Part shown: positions 9,484 through 18,621 of the stretch, in pieces
How positions within the stretch are numbered: the stretch's first letter is position 1
How the letters are laid out: each line of letters opens with the position of its first letter
IMG/VR virus record: IMGVR_UViG_3300045973_000529
Coordinates: 32,001-96,000 of that record
Source: a virus
DNA: 64,000 nt
Direction: 5' to 3' (one strand)
The notes under the pieces: generated by a model
Databases searched by the model: none
What the model was told of the DNA's origin: nothing
The model's input: only the letters and a program-made list of their open reading frames with translations
Position numbers and translations under genes: made by a program

Positions 9484-9929
9484 CTCTCATCGAACAAATC
9501 CGCACCGAGTACTTGGTACTTCGCAAGGCGCACAACACCGCGGCGGTTGCGTCCCTCAGCACCCTGATCGGTGAAATCGAGAACCTTGCCAAGGGCGGTA
9601 AGGGTGAACTGACCGACGCAGTGGTCGTCACTGTCGTCAAGAAGTTCATCAAGAACATCGACGAGACCCTGCAGGTGGTCGGTAAGGGCGCACCAACTGG
9701 CTTGACCGCCGAGTACAACCCGCTCAATGCGCTGAACGCTGAACGTCGGCTGTATGAGCAGTTCCTGCCGAAGCAGCTGACCGAGACCGAAATCGCGGCG
9801 CTGATCGACACGCTGGTCGTGACGCATGGTGCCAAGAACGTCGGCGACGTGATGAAGCTCCTGAAGCAGAATCACGCTGGCACCTATGACGGTGCCGTCG
9901 CTTCCAAGATCCTCAAGGCCAAGTTCTAA
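9480..9929 (+). CDS. GatB/YqeY-domain protein
   Basis: LTDAVVVTVVKKFIK, ERRLYEQFLPKQLTE, VGDVMK, YDG pattern; start moved to ATG 9480. Confidence 0.85.
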   Translation: MTLIEQIRTEYLVLRKAHNTAAVASLSTLIGEIENLAKGGKGELTDAVVVTVVKKFIKNIDETLQVVGKGAPTGLTAEYNPLNALNAERRLYEQFLPKQLTETEIAALIDTLVVTHGAKNVGDVMKLLKQNHAGTYDGAVASKILKAKF

Positions 9930-9938
9930 GGAGCCATC

Positions 9939-10319
9939 ATGATCCCAGTCGCAGATGCAGTCACTCTCGGCGAGAAGCACAAGCTTCGTCAAGTCATCAT
10001 CTTCGGTTGGGACGGCCGAGAGACGTTCGTGACCACATGGGGTGGCTCTGATTTCGACAGTGCCGGAGCTGCTGGTGCTGCGAATCGAATCAAGGACCAG
10101 TGGGACTGGCCGGAGAACACGATTGTCGAGGGCGAGCGTGTCCAGAAGCTGTACAATCGCATTGCTGAGCTTGAAGCGCAACTGGCGGGTGCCGTCAAGC
10201 AGTGTGCCGATGCTGGTGATGCTGCGTACTCTGCTCGCTGCCCATTTATCGGCGACTACATCGTCGAATCGATGGGCCTTGGCGTTGCCGAAGGTGCAGC
10301 TGCTTGGCGGTCTAAGTGA
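9939..10319 (+). CDS. Hypothetical protein
   Basis: Shine-Dalgarno aaggag. Confidence 0.75.
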   Translation: MIPVADAVTLGEKHKLRQVIIFGWDGRETFVTTWGGSDFDSAGAAGAANRIKDQWDWPENTIVEGERVQKLYNRIAELEAQLAGAVKQCADAGDAAYSARCPFIGDYIVESMGLGVAEGAAAWRSK

Positions 10320-10456
10320 ACCCTCTGCACGAGCTCGAGAAGGCCATGGCTATGGTCTTCGCTGCTGACCCAGGTTGGTGGTGGATGCTGTGTCTAATCC
10401 CGATGGCTGCTCTGGTGGCAGCCATCATCGTTGAGAACTTCTGGAACGACAAATGA
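10316..10456 (+). CDS. Small membrane protein (46 aa, GTG start)
   Basis: Not in the track; GTGA/ATGA overlaps; one TM-like segment. Confidence 0.65.
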   Translation: MNPLHELEKAMAMVFAADPGWWWMLCLIPMAALVAAIIVENFWNDK

Positions 10457-11577
10457 AGATTGCAGTAATCAAGTTGGGTGGTCGCATCACCTGGAACACG
10501 GACGGAGCAGTTGCTCCAGGTGAAGCCGTTTCGATCTGCAAGGCCCTGTCTCGCGGTGGGGCTGAGGTGCATGTCTTCACGAAGATCCTGTCAAAGGATG
10601 TACTGCATCCCAGCCTCATGTGGCACAACATCGCTGAAGCCGATCAGGCGGATCTTGATGCGCTCGACAAGCTGGTGGTGATCAACGGGAACGTGAACTT
10701 CTTCGGCGGTGCCGAGGATCCCGAGCAGATCCTGAACTACTCGATCATCAACAACTTCCAGGGCACAGTCGTGTACGTGATGTGCGACCCCGAGCTGCCA
10801 CTGCTGCAGATCTGGCCGAACGTGTCGAAGAAGCCATGGGGCGTGAACTACCGCGAGAAGGATCTGAACATCGTGCGCAAGGACATCCGTGTTCTGTCGC
10901 AGCCGTTCAATCTGGAAGCGATGAAGAAGCACTGGAAGAAGGGTGCCGTTCCGGTCGCCGAGTTCTTCCACTTCCCGATGGAGCGCTTCCCGCTGCTGAA
11001 TGAGTGGCTGAAGCCGATGGAAGAACCGAAGGTGGACTTGCTGTACGGCGGTACACCTCGCGGTGGTCGTCGGATCCCCAATCTGTTCAAGTGGTACTGG
11101 AACCTGCCGAAGGACATCAGCGTCGAGATCTTCGGGTCCATCGATGCTGACGACTTCTCCAAGCACCCGAAGGTCGGCATGACGGCGTTGATGGACAAGA
11201 ACGTTCGCCCGCCCGAGTTCACTGGCAAGGTCAAGTATGATCAGGTTCTTCCGAAGATGAACACCGGTCTGGCGCATCTCGTCACTGGTGACGGGTCGTA
11301 CGAAGAGCTCGACATCATTCCACAGCGCACGATGGAGAACATCGCGGCTGGAAACGTCGTGTTCGTCGATGCGAACATGGACAAGGCTCGCCGCATCTAC
11401 CCGAAGGGCACGTTCGCGCACGAGTTCCTGTACGTCGCCAGTCAAGAAGAGCTCGTCGAGCGGCTGCGGTACGTGAAGGACGATGAGATGCTGCGACAAG
11501 ACGTGCTGCAGTCGCAGTGTTTTGCCCAGGACTTCGCACCTGATGAGTTCTGTCGTTCGCTGGTGGAGGTGCTGTGA
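10453..11577 (+). CDS. DNA glycosyltransferase, T4 beta-glucosyltransferase (GT-B, GT63) homologue
   Basis: Colinear with T4 BGT as recalled: MKIAVI, VINGNVNFFGG, CDPELP (catalytic Asp), WPNVSKKPW, EFFHFPME, YGGTPRGGRR, PEFTGK, GDGSY, QRTME. Confidence 0.88.
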   Translation: MKIAVIKLGGRITWNTDGAVAPGEAVSICKALSRGGAEVHVFTKILSKDVLHPSLMWHNIAEADQADLDALDKLVVINGNVNFFGGAEDPEQILNYSIINNFQGTVVYVMCDPELPLLQIWPNVSKKPWGVNYREKDLNIVRKDIRVLSQPFNLEAMKKHWKKGAVPVAEFFHFPMERFPLLNEWLKPMEEPKVDLLYGGTPRGGRRIPNLFKWYWNLPKDISVEIFGSIDADDFSKHPKVGMTALMDKNVRPPEFTGKVKYDQVLPKMNTGLAHLVTGDGSYEELDIIPQRTMENIAAGNVVFVDANMDKARRIYPKGTFAHEFLYVASQEELVERLRYVKDDEMLRQDVLQSQCFAQDFAPDEFCRSLVEVL

Positions 11578-11834
11578 AGATGACCTACGCTGACGACAAG
11601 GTCGAGTGCCAGCACGTTCGCACAATGCGTGTGAACGCCAAAGCAGATGATCGCCAATACCACGTCGTGTCGCATCTCGAAGTTGAGCGAGACGGCTACG
11701 CCCCGTACCTCAAGGGCATCTGTCACGGTGACTACGTGGAGCTGACGCTCTGCCTTGACTGCGGCAAGGTGATTTCCCGCGAGTTCCCCATCGGTGACGA
11801 AGAATTGCGCGAGGCTTTTGGCATCGAGGAATAA
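11574..11834 (+). CDS. Hypothetical protein (CLDC motif)
   Basis: GTGA overlap; ends before a terminator. Confidence 0.7.
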   Translation: MKMTYADDKVECQHVRTMRVNAKADDRQYHVVSHLEVERDGYAPYLKGICHGDYVELTLCLDCGKVISREFPIGDEELREAFGIEE

Positions 11835-11850
11835 AGCCGTGCGGCTTTTT
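11833..11850 (+). terminator. Intrinsic terminator AAAGCC-GTGC-GGCTTT-TT
   Basis: Stem-loop plus U tract at the operon end. Confidence 0.7.
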
Positions 11851-11873
11851 CCGCTATTGCGTCCCAAGCTTCG

Positions 11874-11902
11874 TTGCCTATCGTTTCTGCGCTAGGTACA
11901 AT
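11874..11902 (+). promoter_or_regulatory. Sigma70-like promoter TTGCCT-N17-TACAAT (TGTAAC at 11909-11914)
   Basis: Canonical spacing upstream of the kinase gene. Confidence 0.7.
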
Positions 11903-11924
11903 GGCACCTGTAACAAGGACACCC

Positions 11925-12614
11925 ATGTTCAAACGACCAACTCTCGTCTCCATCACAGCACCCACTTGCGCTGGCAAGAACTACCTCGCTGAGGTGCTGT
12001 TCGCAAATGGCTTCAATCGGCTGGTGAGCACCACTGACCGTGCACCTCGGGCCGGTGAAATCGAAGGGGTGCACTACTTCTTCATCACCACTGAGCAAAG
12101 CAAGCTGAAGGAACAGTACGATCTGTTCGCTGAATTGATCACGTACAACGGCGTTCGGTATGGCGTCACGAAGGAAGAGATGGAGCGCAAGACTGCGGTC
12201 GGACTGCCACCACCCGTCGTGATTCTCGAACCGCAGGGTGTGTTCGAGTACCGCAAGTACTGCCAGGCGAACGGCATCGACATGTTCCGCATCTTCATTG
12301 ACACGGCCGAAAGCGTGCGCCTTGCTCGCCTCGCGAAGCGTGGCGCTGCTGACGTCATTGCGGCGCTGAAGAACGTGACTTTTGATCACGCGCCAGCTGA
12401 GGGCGAAGCTGATGCCGTTGCTCTCGAAGCCGTGGCGAACGTCATGAAGGTGAACAACAAGCGCGTCATGGCGATCATTGAGCAGGAGCGGACCTGGGAC
12501 ACAGCTCACCTCTGGCACTCAATCGTCGATGGTGAAGACACGGATGTGGCACTTGCGCAGATCAAGGCCGACATCGAATACCGGAACAGCCACCCATTCG
12601 ACTTCAACGCATGA
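11925..12614 (+). CDS. Guanylate kinase-like nucleotide kinase
   Basis: APTCAGKN, VSTTDRAPRAGEIEGVHYFF, YNGVRYG; start at ATG 11925 with SD aagga. Confidence 0.85.
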   Translation: MFKRPTLVSITAPTCAGKNYLAEVLFANGFNRLVSTTDRAPRAGEIEGVHYFFITTEQSKLKEQYDLFAELITYNGVRYGVTKEEMERKTAVGLPPPVVILEPQGVFEYRKYCQANGIDMFRIFIDTAESVRLARLAKRGAADVIAALKNVTFDHAPAEGEADAVALEAVANVMKVNNKRVMAIIEQERTWDTAHLWHSIVDGEDTDVALAQIKADIEYRNSHPFDFNA

Positions 12615-13096
12615 GAGTCATCACCGCTCCTGATCCAGTGCCGATGCGCGATGCGCTTGGGACCGAGGTCTTCCTTGCTGGCTCGATCGAGCAGGGCAAG
12701 GCGCGCGACTGGCAGCCAGAGGTCTGTGCCGCGCTCGTGCCGTTCAATGCGCTCGTGTTCAATCCTCGGCGCTTGGTCTGGGACCCGACCTGGGATCAAG
12801 ACGTCTCGAACACAGAACTCGTGACCCAAGTGAACTGGGAGCTCGATCTGATTGACCGAGCTGAGATCGTGTTCTTCTACTTCCAAGCTGGAACCTTGTC
12901 GCCAATCTCGTTCCTCGAGTTCGGCATGCAGGTGCGCAATCGCCGCAAAGACATCGTTGTGGTTTGTGAAGCCGGGTTCTGGCGGCAGGCGAACATCCAA
13001 ATCACTGCTGCCCGAAACAACGTGCCAGTCGCTCTGACCCTTGAAGAAGGCATCGAGAAGCTGGTCAAGCTTGTGAAACAACGGAGTCTTCCATGA
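12611..13096 (+). CDS. Nucleoside 2-deoxyribosyltransferase-like / nucleotide N-glycosidase
   Basis: VFLAGSI, FNPRR, QVNWELDLIDRA, SPISFLEFG. Confidence 0.8.
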   Translation: MRVITAPDPVPMRDALGTEVFLAGSIEQGKARDWQPEVCAALVPFNALVFNPRRLVWDPTWDQDVSNTELVTQVNWELDLIDRAEIVFFYFQAGTLSPISFLEFGMQVRNRRKDIVVVCEAGFWRQANIQITAARNNVPVALTLEEGIEKLVKLVKQRSLP

Positions 13097-13332
13097 CATA
13101 CTTTTGGGTTCCACCTGGCAAGTCGCCAGTCCCGTGCATCATCGTCGGTCTCGCAACCTCAGTGCCTGAGCCGATGATGACCATTCGCGTCGCTGATCCG
13201 TTCGATTCGGGGCAGCTCCAGAAGGAAGTGCGGTACTCGGACGTGTACAAGCTCGTGCCGCTGTCTGAAGTTCAGCAAGTGCTCGGCAAGACCGCCTGCT
13301 GCGGTGGCGGATGCGGTTCTTGCGGGTGCTAA
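13093..13332 (+). CDS. Hypothetical protein with a Cys-rich tail (CCGGGCGSCGC)
   Basis: ATGA overlap. Confidence 0.7.
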   Translation: MTYFWVPPGKSPVPCIIVGLATSVPEPMMTIRVADPFDSGQLQKEVRYSDVYKLVPLSEVQQVLGKTACCGGGCGSCGC

Positions 13333-13341
13333 CCAGGAAAG

Positions 13342-13400
13342 TGTAACAGTTCCAGAAAACTGTTACGGGCTGTGTACGAACACGGCGGCGGTGTTAAGAT
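13342..13400 (+). promoter_or_regulatory. Promoter GTGTAC-N17-TAAGAT with an upstream GTAACAG...CTGTTAC inverted repeat
   Basis: -10 ends 7 nt before ATG 13408. Confidence 0.65.
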
Positions 13401-13407
13401 GCCTAGC

Positions 13408-14919
13408 ATGAACACCGCCTTCCTCCCCTCCCCGCAGCAAGCAACCTTCTTCTCGTGGATCACGGATGACACCGGATCCTGCGTGCTGGAAGCAGTTGCT
13501 GGTTCTGGTAAGACCACGACGTTGATTCAAGCGCTGAACCTGATGGTCGGCCAGGTTTTCTTCGGCGCGTACAACAAGAAGATCGCCGAGGAAATCGCCG
13601 CTCGCGCTCCCCAGCGCCAAGGCCTCTTCGTGAGCACGATGCATGCTGCCGGCTTCAAGGCCTGGCGCCGCGCTGCTCCTCGCGTCCAAGTGAACGGCGA
13701 CAAGTGCCGCGACATCTTCCGCTTCGCCTCTGACCAGTACCCCGAATACACGCCGTTCGAAGGCCCGGTGCTCCAGCTCGTCTCGCTGGCCAAGCAAGCT
13801 GCCGTCGGCATCTCCAAGCCGGCCGGTCAGCGTTCCACCTGGACGGACCTGATCGATCACTTCGACATCGAGTGCTTCGACGAAGCCACCAGCACGGACA
13901 ACACCGATCTGATCATCAAGCTCGCTCGCAAGACCCTCGAGCGTTCCATCGAGCGTGACAACGACGTCGTTGATTTCGACGACATGATCTACGCGCCGCT
14001 GGTCCACAACGTCAAGATGTTCCAACACGACTGGGTGCTGATCGACGAAGCCCAAGACACGAACGAATCGCGTCGTCTGCTGGCTCTGCGCATGTTGAAG
14101 AAGGGTGGTCGCCTCGTCGCTGTTGGTGATCGTCACCAAGCGATCTACGGCTTCACCGGTGCTGACAGCGACGCGCTCGATCTGATCGCTCGCGCTGTGA
14201 ACGCCAAGCAACTGCCGCTGACCACCACGTTCCGCTGCCCGAAGGCCGTCGTCTCGTACGCTCAACAGTGGGTCAGCCACATCCAATGCGCCGAAACCGC
14301 TCCGGAAGGCGTCGTCTCGACCGCTCTGCCGGCTGATCTCGCGACCATCGCGCAGCCTGGTGACGCGATCCTCTGCCGCTTCAACGCGCCGCTGATCAAG
14401 TACGTGTACAAGTTCATCGCCGCTGGCATCCCGGCCAAGGTCGAAGGCCGCGAAATCGGCAACGGCCTGAAGACGCTGGCACGTCGCTGGAAGGTGCGCA
14501 AGCTGACGTCGATGCTCGACAAGCTGGAAACGTACCTCGAGCGTGAAGTCGCCAAGTACGTCGCCAAGGAGCAAGCTTCCAAGGCGTCTGCTGTCGAAGA
14601 CAAGGTGAATTGCCTCCGCGTCATCATCGAGCGCGTGCTCAAGATCGATCCGGATTGCACCAACCCGGTCGTTCGCGTCTGCCAAGAAATCGACGCGATC
14701 TTCACGGAAGACGGCTCTGCCAAGGTCGTGCTGTTCAGCTCCATCCACAAGAGCAAGGGTCGTGAATGGCACAAGGTTGTGTGGCTCCAGACCGGTCCTT
14801 CTGGTTGGGCTCGCATGGCTTGGGAACAAGAGCAAGAAGTGAACCTCTGCTACGTCGCCGCTACTCGTGCCAAGCACGAGCTGGTTCTGGTCGACATCAA
14901 GAACGACGACAAGGAATGA
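13408..14919 (+). CDS. UvrD/Rep-like SF1 helicase
   Basis: AVAGSGKT, DEAQD, VGDRHQAIYGF, SIHKSKGREW, YVAATRAK. Confidence 0.92.
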   Translation: MNTAFLPSPQQATFFSWITDDTGSCVLEAVAGSGKTTTLIQALNLMVGQVFFGAYNKKIAEEIAARAPQRQGLFVSTMHAAGFKAWRRAAPRVQVNGDKCRDIFRFASDQYPEYTPFEGPVLQLVSLAKQAAVGISKPAGQRSTWTDLIDHFDIECFDEATSTDNTDLIIKLARKTLERSIERDNDVVDFDDMIYAPLVHNVKMFQHDWVLIDEAQDTNESRRLLALRMLKKGGRLVAVGDRHQAIYGFTGADSDALDLIARAVNAKQLPLTTTFRCPKAVVSYAQQWVSHIQCAETAPEGVVSTALPADLATIAQPGDAILCRFNAPLIKYVYKFIAAGIPAKVEGREIGNGLKTLARRWKVRKLTSMLDKLETYLEREVAKYVAKEQASKASAVEDKVNCLRVIIERVLKIDPDCTNPVVRVCQEIDAIFTEDGSAKVVLFSSIHKSKGREWHKVVWLQTGPSGWARMAWEQEQEVNLCYVAATRAKHELVLVDIKNDDKE

Positions 14920-15422
14920 TGATCATGGACATGAACGCCGAACAAACGAAGCAACAGTTCGCCTTCTTCGCCGCCTGGCGCAAGATCACCGAGTCACAGC
15001 CCAAGCTGTTCGAGCTCGTGGTCATCAAGTCGTTCGCTGGCACGATGGACTGGGACTGGCTCGAGCCGGCGAGTGACCGCATGTACTTCGCCGAGAACTT
15101 CGGCCCGACCGAGTACTGGATGACCGCTGCCGACTTCCAGCGCCTGGCTCCTACGGGTGTCGCAGAGCACCTCCGGCCGGTCGATGAAGAGTCCAACACC
15201 CGCCGTCTGGAACGTCTCCAGAAGGTCACCGGTGTCGCCGAGACTGTGCTCGAGTACGCTCCCAACGAGTACACGTTCATCGATCTCGACGCGGTGTTGG
15301 AACGGCAGATGACCGCGCCCACGCTGACCGATGAGCCCCTCAACGAGCTCAAGTTCCCGGTGATCGACACTGATCTGCCCGAGGTTCCAGTCCAGTTCGG
15401 CTTCGATCATCCGAACGCCTGA
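14916..15422 (+). CDS. Hypothetical protein
   Basis: ATGA overlap and SD aagga; start moved from the track's 14766. Confidence 0.75.
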   Translation: MMIMDMNAEQTKQQFAFFAAWRKITESQPKLFELVVIKSFAGTMDWDWLEPASDRMYFAENFGPTEYWMTAADFQRLAPTGVAEHLRPVDEESNTRRLERLQKVTGVAETVLEYAPNEYTFIDLDAVLERQMTAPTLTDEPLNELKFPVIDTDLPEVPVQFGFDHPNA

Positions 15423-15471
15423 ACACTATCTGTCGGCTAATGCCTGTTCTCGCTCGCCGTTGAGGTCTGCC

Positions 15472-15555
15472 ATGTTCACTCATCTTCTCCAAACCCGCAC
15501 CCAGCGCTGTCCGCACGGGGTGTCCCATCTGAACCGCTGCCTGAGGTGCGACTGA
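15472..15555 (+). CDS. 27-aa Cys/His microprotein (RCPHGVSHLNRCLRCD)
   Basis: SD gagg; its TGA overlaps ATG 15555 (TGATG). Confidence 0.5.
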   Translation: MFTHLLQTRTQRCPHGVSHLNRCLRCD

Positions 15556-17096
15556 TGCCTGAAATCTCACGCTGGGAGAGAACTCCCAACACGACCATGA
15601 AGGTCTTCTCCAAGCTGTTCGTCGGCGTTCGTGACGGCGGTGCTGCGCATGTTCCGCTTGGGTTCGCAACTCCGTACGAGGAGAACGCCGCGGGTCGCAA
15701 GCGCCAGGAGACCGTGGTGAACTGGCTCGGCGGCACCAGTCGTATCGTAGTCGATCCCAAGACTGGGTTGTACGAGCAAGACGACAAGGGTCGATACGTC
15801 TACGAGGAGTTCGTTCCGGACACGCGCATCATCGACAACGAACCCTGTCCCGGTTTCAAGATCACGGACGATGTGAAACGGGTGTACTGGGGCGGTGGCA
15901 ATGTCGTCTGGCGCGTTGAAGACCCGCGTGGTTACGAGCTCGAGATCCAGTCCCAGAACTTGATGGCGCTGATCCAGTCGTGCGGCATCCTCGAGGGCGG
16001 TGAAATCCCAGGTCGCTGCGTCTGGGGCCGCTCAAGTGGCGACAACATTCTGCTGCACGAGACCAGCGACGAGTACAAAGCTGCCTTCAAGGCCGCCGAG
16101 ACCCTCAAGGCGCCGAAGAAACTCGGCAAGAAGGATCGTCGTGTCGGTGGCCTGTACACCCGAGTCGACGGCTCCCTCGGCATCTATCTCGGCATCGTGC
16201 ACGTCACGGTGATGAACTACCCGGCACAAGATGGTGCACTCGCGCTTGCCCGAAACTGGGATGCTTCAGAGACGGACTGGTTCAAGGCACCTGGTATGCT
16301 TCAGCCGGTCGCGGTGTCCACCTCCAACTACCCGGTGATGTCCAGCGTCGAGTACGAAGCAGTGCTGGACATCACCTCGGTGCTGGATGACAAGGACCGC
16401 CCGACGCCTGGTGTCACGATGAAGCTCTACAAGCAGGCACCGCTGGTCGCTGATGAAGGCGAGACGTACGATCTGGCCATCACCAACGAGTACCTGCGGG
16501 ACCTGCAGTGGACGTTCGCCAGCTCGAACACCTTCTGCGCCCGGATCCTGGCAGTGACGACGTCTCCGATCAAGAATCCGCTGGTGGTCGCCGTGCCCTG
16601 GGCGGCGACGAAGTACGACGCCAAACTGACACAGTTGGAGAGGTACGTCGCCCAGAACTGCACTCGCGAGATCACCTACAAGGACGAAGGCACGTTCCGT
16701 GCTCGTTGGCCAGCGACTCAGATCCTGGGCTATCAACACACTGATGTGCTCATCGTTCCAGAGCTTGGCCCGATGTCCGACATCGAGCACATTGGCGAGG
16801 ATCGTCAGTACATCACCCGTGGCGTGGCAGCGGCGCCTGATTCATTGACGGTGGCGCTGCCATGCATGCTCGGTGCCGGGTACTTCATCCATCGTGGCGC
16901 TGAAGATAGCCGGCACGCCATGCAAGTGCGCTCGTACATGTACTCGCGGTACTCCTACCCAGCCAGCCGCGAAGTCAAGGCGTACGTGCTGCCGAAGTTC
17001 TCAACCGCGGACGAGTTCATCGACTGGTTCAAGGCGCAGTACAATGATGGAAACCTCTCCACGATCTCGGTCGTGGAGGACTCCCGCTCAACCTGA
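15555..17096 (+). CDS. Large hypothetical phage protein
   Basis: Long ORF; N-terminal PLGFATPY...WRVEDPRG.ELEI block of a kind seen in large-phage hypotheticals. Confidence 0.8.
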   Translation: MPEISRWERTPNTTMKVFSKLFVGVRDGGAAHVPLGFATPYEENAAGRKRQETVVNWLGGTSRIVVDPKTGLYEQDDKGRYVYEEFVPDTRIIDNEPCPGFKITDDVKRVYWGGGNVVWRVEDPRGYELEIQSQNLMALIQSCGILEGGEIPGRCVWGRSSGDNILLHETSDEYKAAFKAAETLKAPKKLGKKDRRVGGLYTRVDGSLGIYLGIVHVTVMNYPAQDGALALARNWDASETDWFKAPGMLQPVAVSTSNYPVMSSVEYEAVLDITSVLDDKDRPTPGVTMKLYKQAPLVADEGETYDLAITNEYLRDLQWTFASSNTFCARILAVTTSPIKNPLVVAVPWAATKYDAKLTQLERYVAQNCTREITYKDEGTFRARWPATQILGYQHTDVLIVPELGPMSDIEHIGEDRQYITRGVAAAPDSLTVALPCMLGAGYFIHRGAEDSRHAMQVRSYMYSRYSYPASREVKAYVLPKFSTADEFIDWFKAQYNDGNLSTISVVEDSRST

Positions 17097-17103
17097 GTAT
17101 GCC

Positions 17104-17178
17104 ATGAAACTCGACTCCATCTGGTTCGTGATCCTCATCGTGTCGATCATTGCCCTCTTCTTCATTCCGCACCTGTGA
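17104..17178 (+). CDS. 24-aa single-TM microprotein
   Basis: MKLDSIWFVILIVSIIALFFIPHL fills the intergenic gap. Confidence 0.6.
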   Translation: MKLDSIWFVILIVSIIALFFIPHL

Positions 17179-17185
17179 GACCCCC

Positions 17186-17653
17186 ATGCGCTTCTACTCC
17201 TTCGTGAACGCTCTGTACCTCAACCCCATTCAGTACGGCATCCAGACGGCGCACTGCGTCTCCGAGATGGCCGTCGACGTTGCTCGCACTTCGCTGAATG
17301 CGGTCTTCTACGACTGGGCCGAGAACCACAAGACGATCATCATCTGCAATGGCGGCAATGTCGCCATGCTCGAGGACCTGTACACACAGCTCATCGATCC
17401 GACAGATGCATTTGGTCTGCCCCTCGTGAAGTTCTACGAGGACGAGCAGTCGCTGAACGGGGCGCTGACCTCGGTGGCGCTCATCGTGCCGGCGAAGTTC
17501 TACGACGCGAAGTTCGTGCCGGATCCGACGTCACCGCATGAACTGTCCGGGGTGTACCAGTACATCGACCCCGATGGCCGCACGACACGGTACTCGATCG
17601 ACACTCCTGAGTTCCAGTTCATTCAGCTGCTCAAGTCCTTCAGGCTGGCATGA
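17186..17653 (+). CDS. Peptidyl-tRNA hydrolase 2 (PTH2)-like protein
   Basis: GIQTAH, W....KTIIICNGG, FYEDEQSLNGALTSVA pattern. Confidence 0.7.
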   Translation: MRFYSFVNALYLNPIQYGIQTAHCVSEMAVDVARTSLNAVFYDWAENHKTIIICNGGNVAMLEDLYTQLIDPTDAFGLPLVKFYEDEQSLNGALTSVALIVPAKFYDAKFVPDPTSPHELSGVYQYIDPDGRTTRYSIDTPEFQFIQLLKSFRLA

Positions 17654-17886
17654 CTCCGCAACTGCCACCAAACCCGATGACCATCACGCCACCCGTGAAG
17701 ATGATGCTCACGGCGGACGGTGTGCTCGCGATGTTCCAAGGCCGCAGACTGGATGCCTCGCTCTTCGCCGATGTGAGGGCCGAACTCCAGAACCTGCGGG
17801 ACTGGGACAACTACTTCCGTACTACCGATTCGCTGCGTGAGGGTGCCAAGCGTGCGCTCCATCGCATTCTTGATCAGGAGCCTTGA
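17650..17886 (+). CDS. Hypothetical protein
   Basis: ATGA overlap. Confidence 0.7.
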   Translation: MTPQLPPNPMTITPPVKMMLTADGVLAMFQGRRLDASLFADVRAELQNLRDWDNYFRTTDSLREGAKRALHRILDQEP

Positions 17887-18326
17887 TGTACAAGAACCCA
17901 ACCCCAGTCGCAGTGGCCCTCATCCGTGTCGGTGACGCCGACATCAAGCTCATCGCTGGACGCCGAAGCATCGAGCCGTTCATCGGCGGACTCGCGTTTC
18001 CTGGCGGGTACGTGAACGAGGGCGAAAGCGCCGAGGTGGCCGTTGCTCGCGAAGTCTACGAGGAGATCGGCATGGTCACCGAGCCAGGGCACTGGCGGCC
18101 AATGCTGACTCGTGTCACGCCTGACAACAAGCTCCTGATCTTCATGCGACACATCTTCACGCTGACGACTGCCCAGTACGTCGAGAACGTGCGAAGCCTC
18201 TTCATCGTCGCCAACAACTTCACGCCGAACACTGAAGTCTCGGAGCTGGTGCTGGTTGACACCGGCGACACCCTGTGCTTCCCCTTGCACCAGGAACTTC
18301 TCGATCGTAAGCCTCTATGGGAGTGA
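17883..18326 (+). CDS. NUDIX hydrolase
   Basis: Nudix box PGGYVNEGESAEVAVAREVYEEIG. Confidence 0.92.
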   Translation: MMYKNPTPVAVALIRVGDADIKLIAGRRSIEPFIGGLAFPGGYVNEGESAEVAVAREVYEEIGMVTEPGHWRPMLTRVTPDNKLLIFMRHIFTLTTAQYVENVRSLFIVANNFTPNTEVSELVLVDTGDTLCFPLHQELLDRKPLWE

Positions 18327-18544
18327 CCTACGACATCACCCAGGCACCACCTGGTGCCACGCACGTACTGCCAGCTGACCCGCTCGGATTTGACCAGCAG
18401 CCGACGTGGATGAAGTGGGGTTACGCCTTCACAGGGCCTGAGTCTGGTCGGGCGTTCTACCGGTGGTACAGCTGGGACCGTGGTGAGTGGCGTCCTGACA
18501 ACAGCTTCCACCCGCGTGAGAACACGGTCATCCACAAGCTCTGA
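18317..18544 (+). CDS. Hypothetical protein
   Basis: Overlaps the NUDIX stop. Confidence 0.7.
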   Translation: MGVTYDITQAPPGATHVLPADPLGFDQQPTWMKWGYAFTGPESGRAFYRWYSWDRGEWRPDNSFHPRENTVIHKL

Positions 18545-18571
18545 ACCGACCTAATCCCGGAACCGGGAGGA

Positions 18572-18595
18572 GTAACGGCTAGGTTCGGTTACAAT
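18572..18595 (+). promoter_or_regulatory. GTAAC-N11-GTTACAAT promoter/operator (-10 TACAAT at 18590-18595)
   Basis: Same GTTACAAT junction as at 3702. Confidence 0.55.
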
Positions 18596-18621
18596 CTATG
18601 CATACCCACCAAGGAGCCAGC

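Noticed and set aside
13363-14877. Long antisense ORFs (also 5265-6392, 26968-28380, 10591-11625, 62929-63984)
   Set aside because: They mirror real plus-strand genes; strong C/G third-position bias suppresses stops on the opposite strand; no motifs or start signals.
18556-18570. TCCCG-GAAC-CGGGA hairpin upstream of the isomerase promoter
   Set aside because: Short and lacking a U tract; cannot be distinguished from chance in GC-rich DNA.
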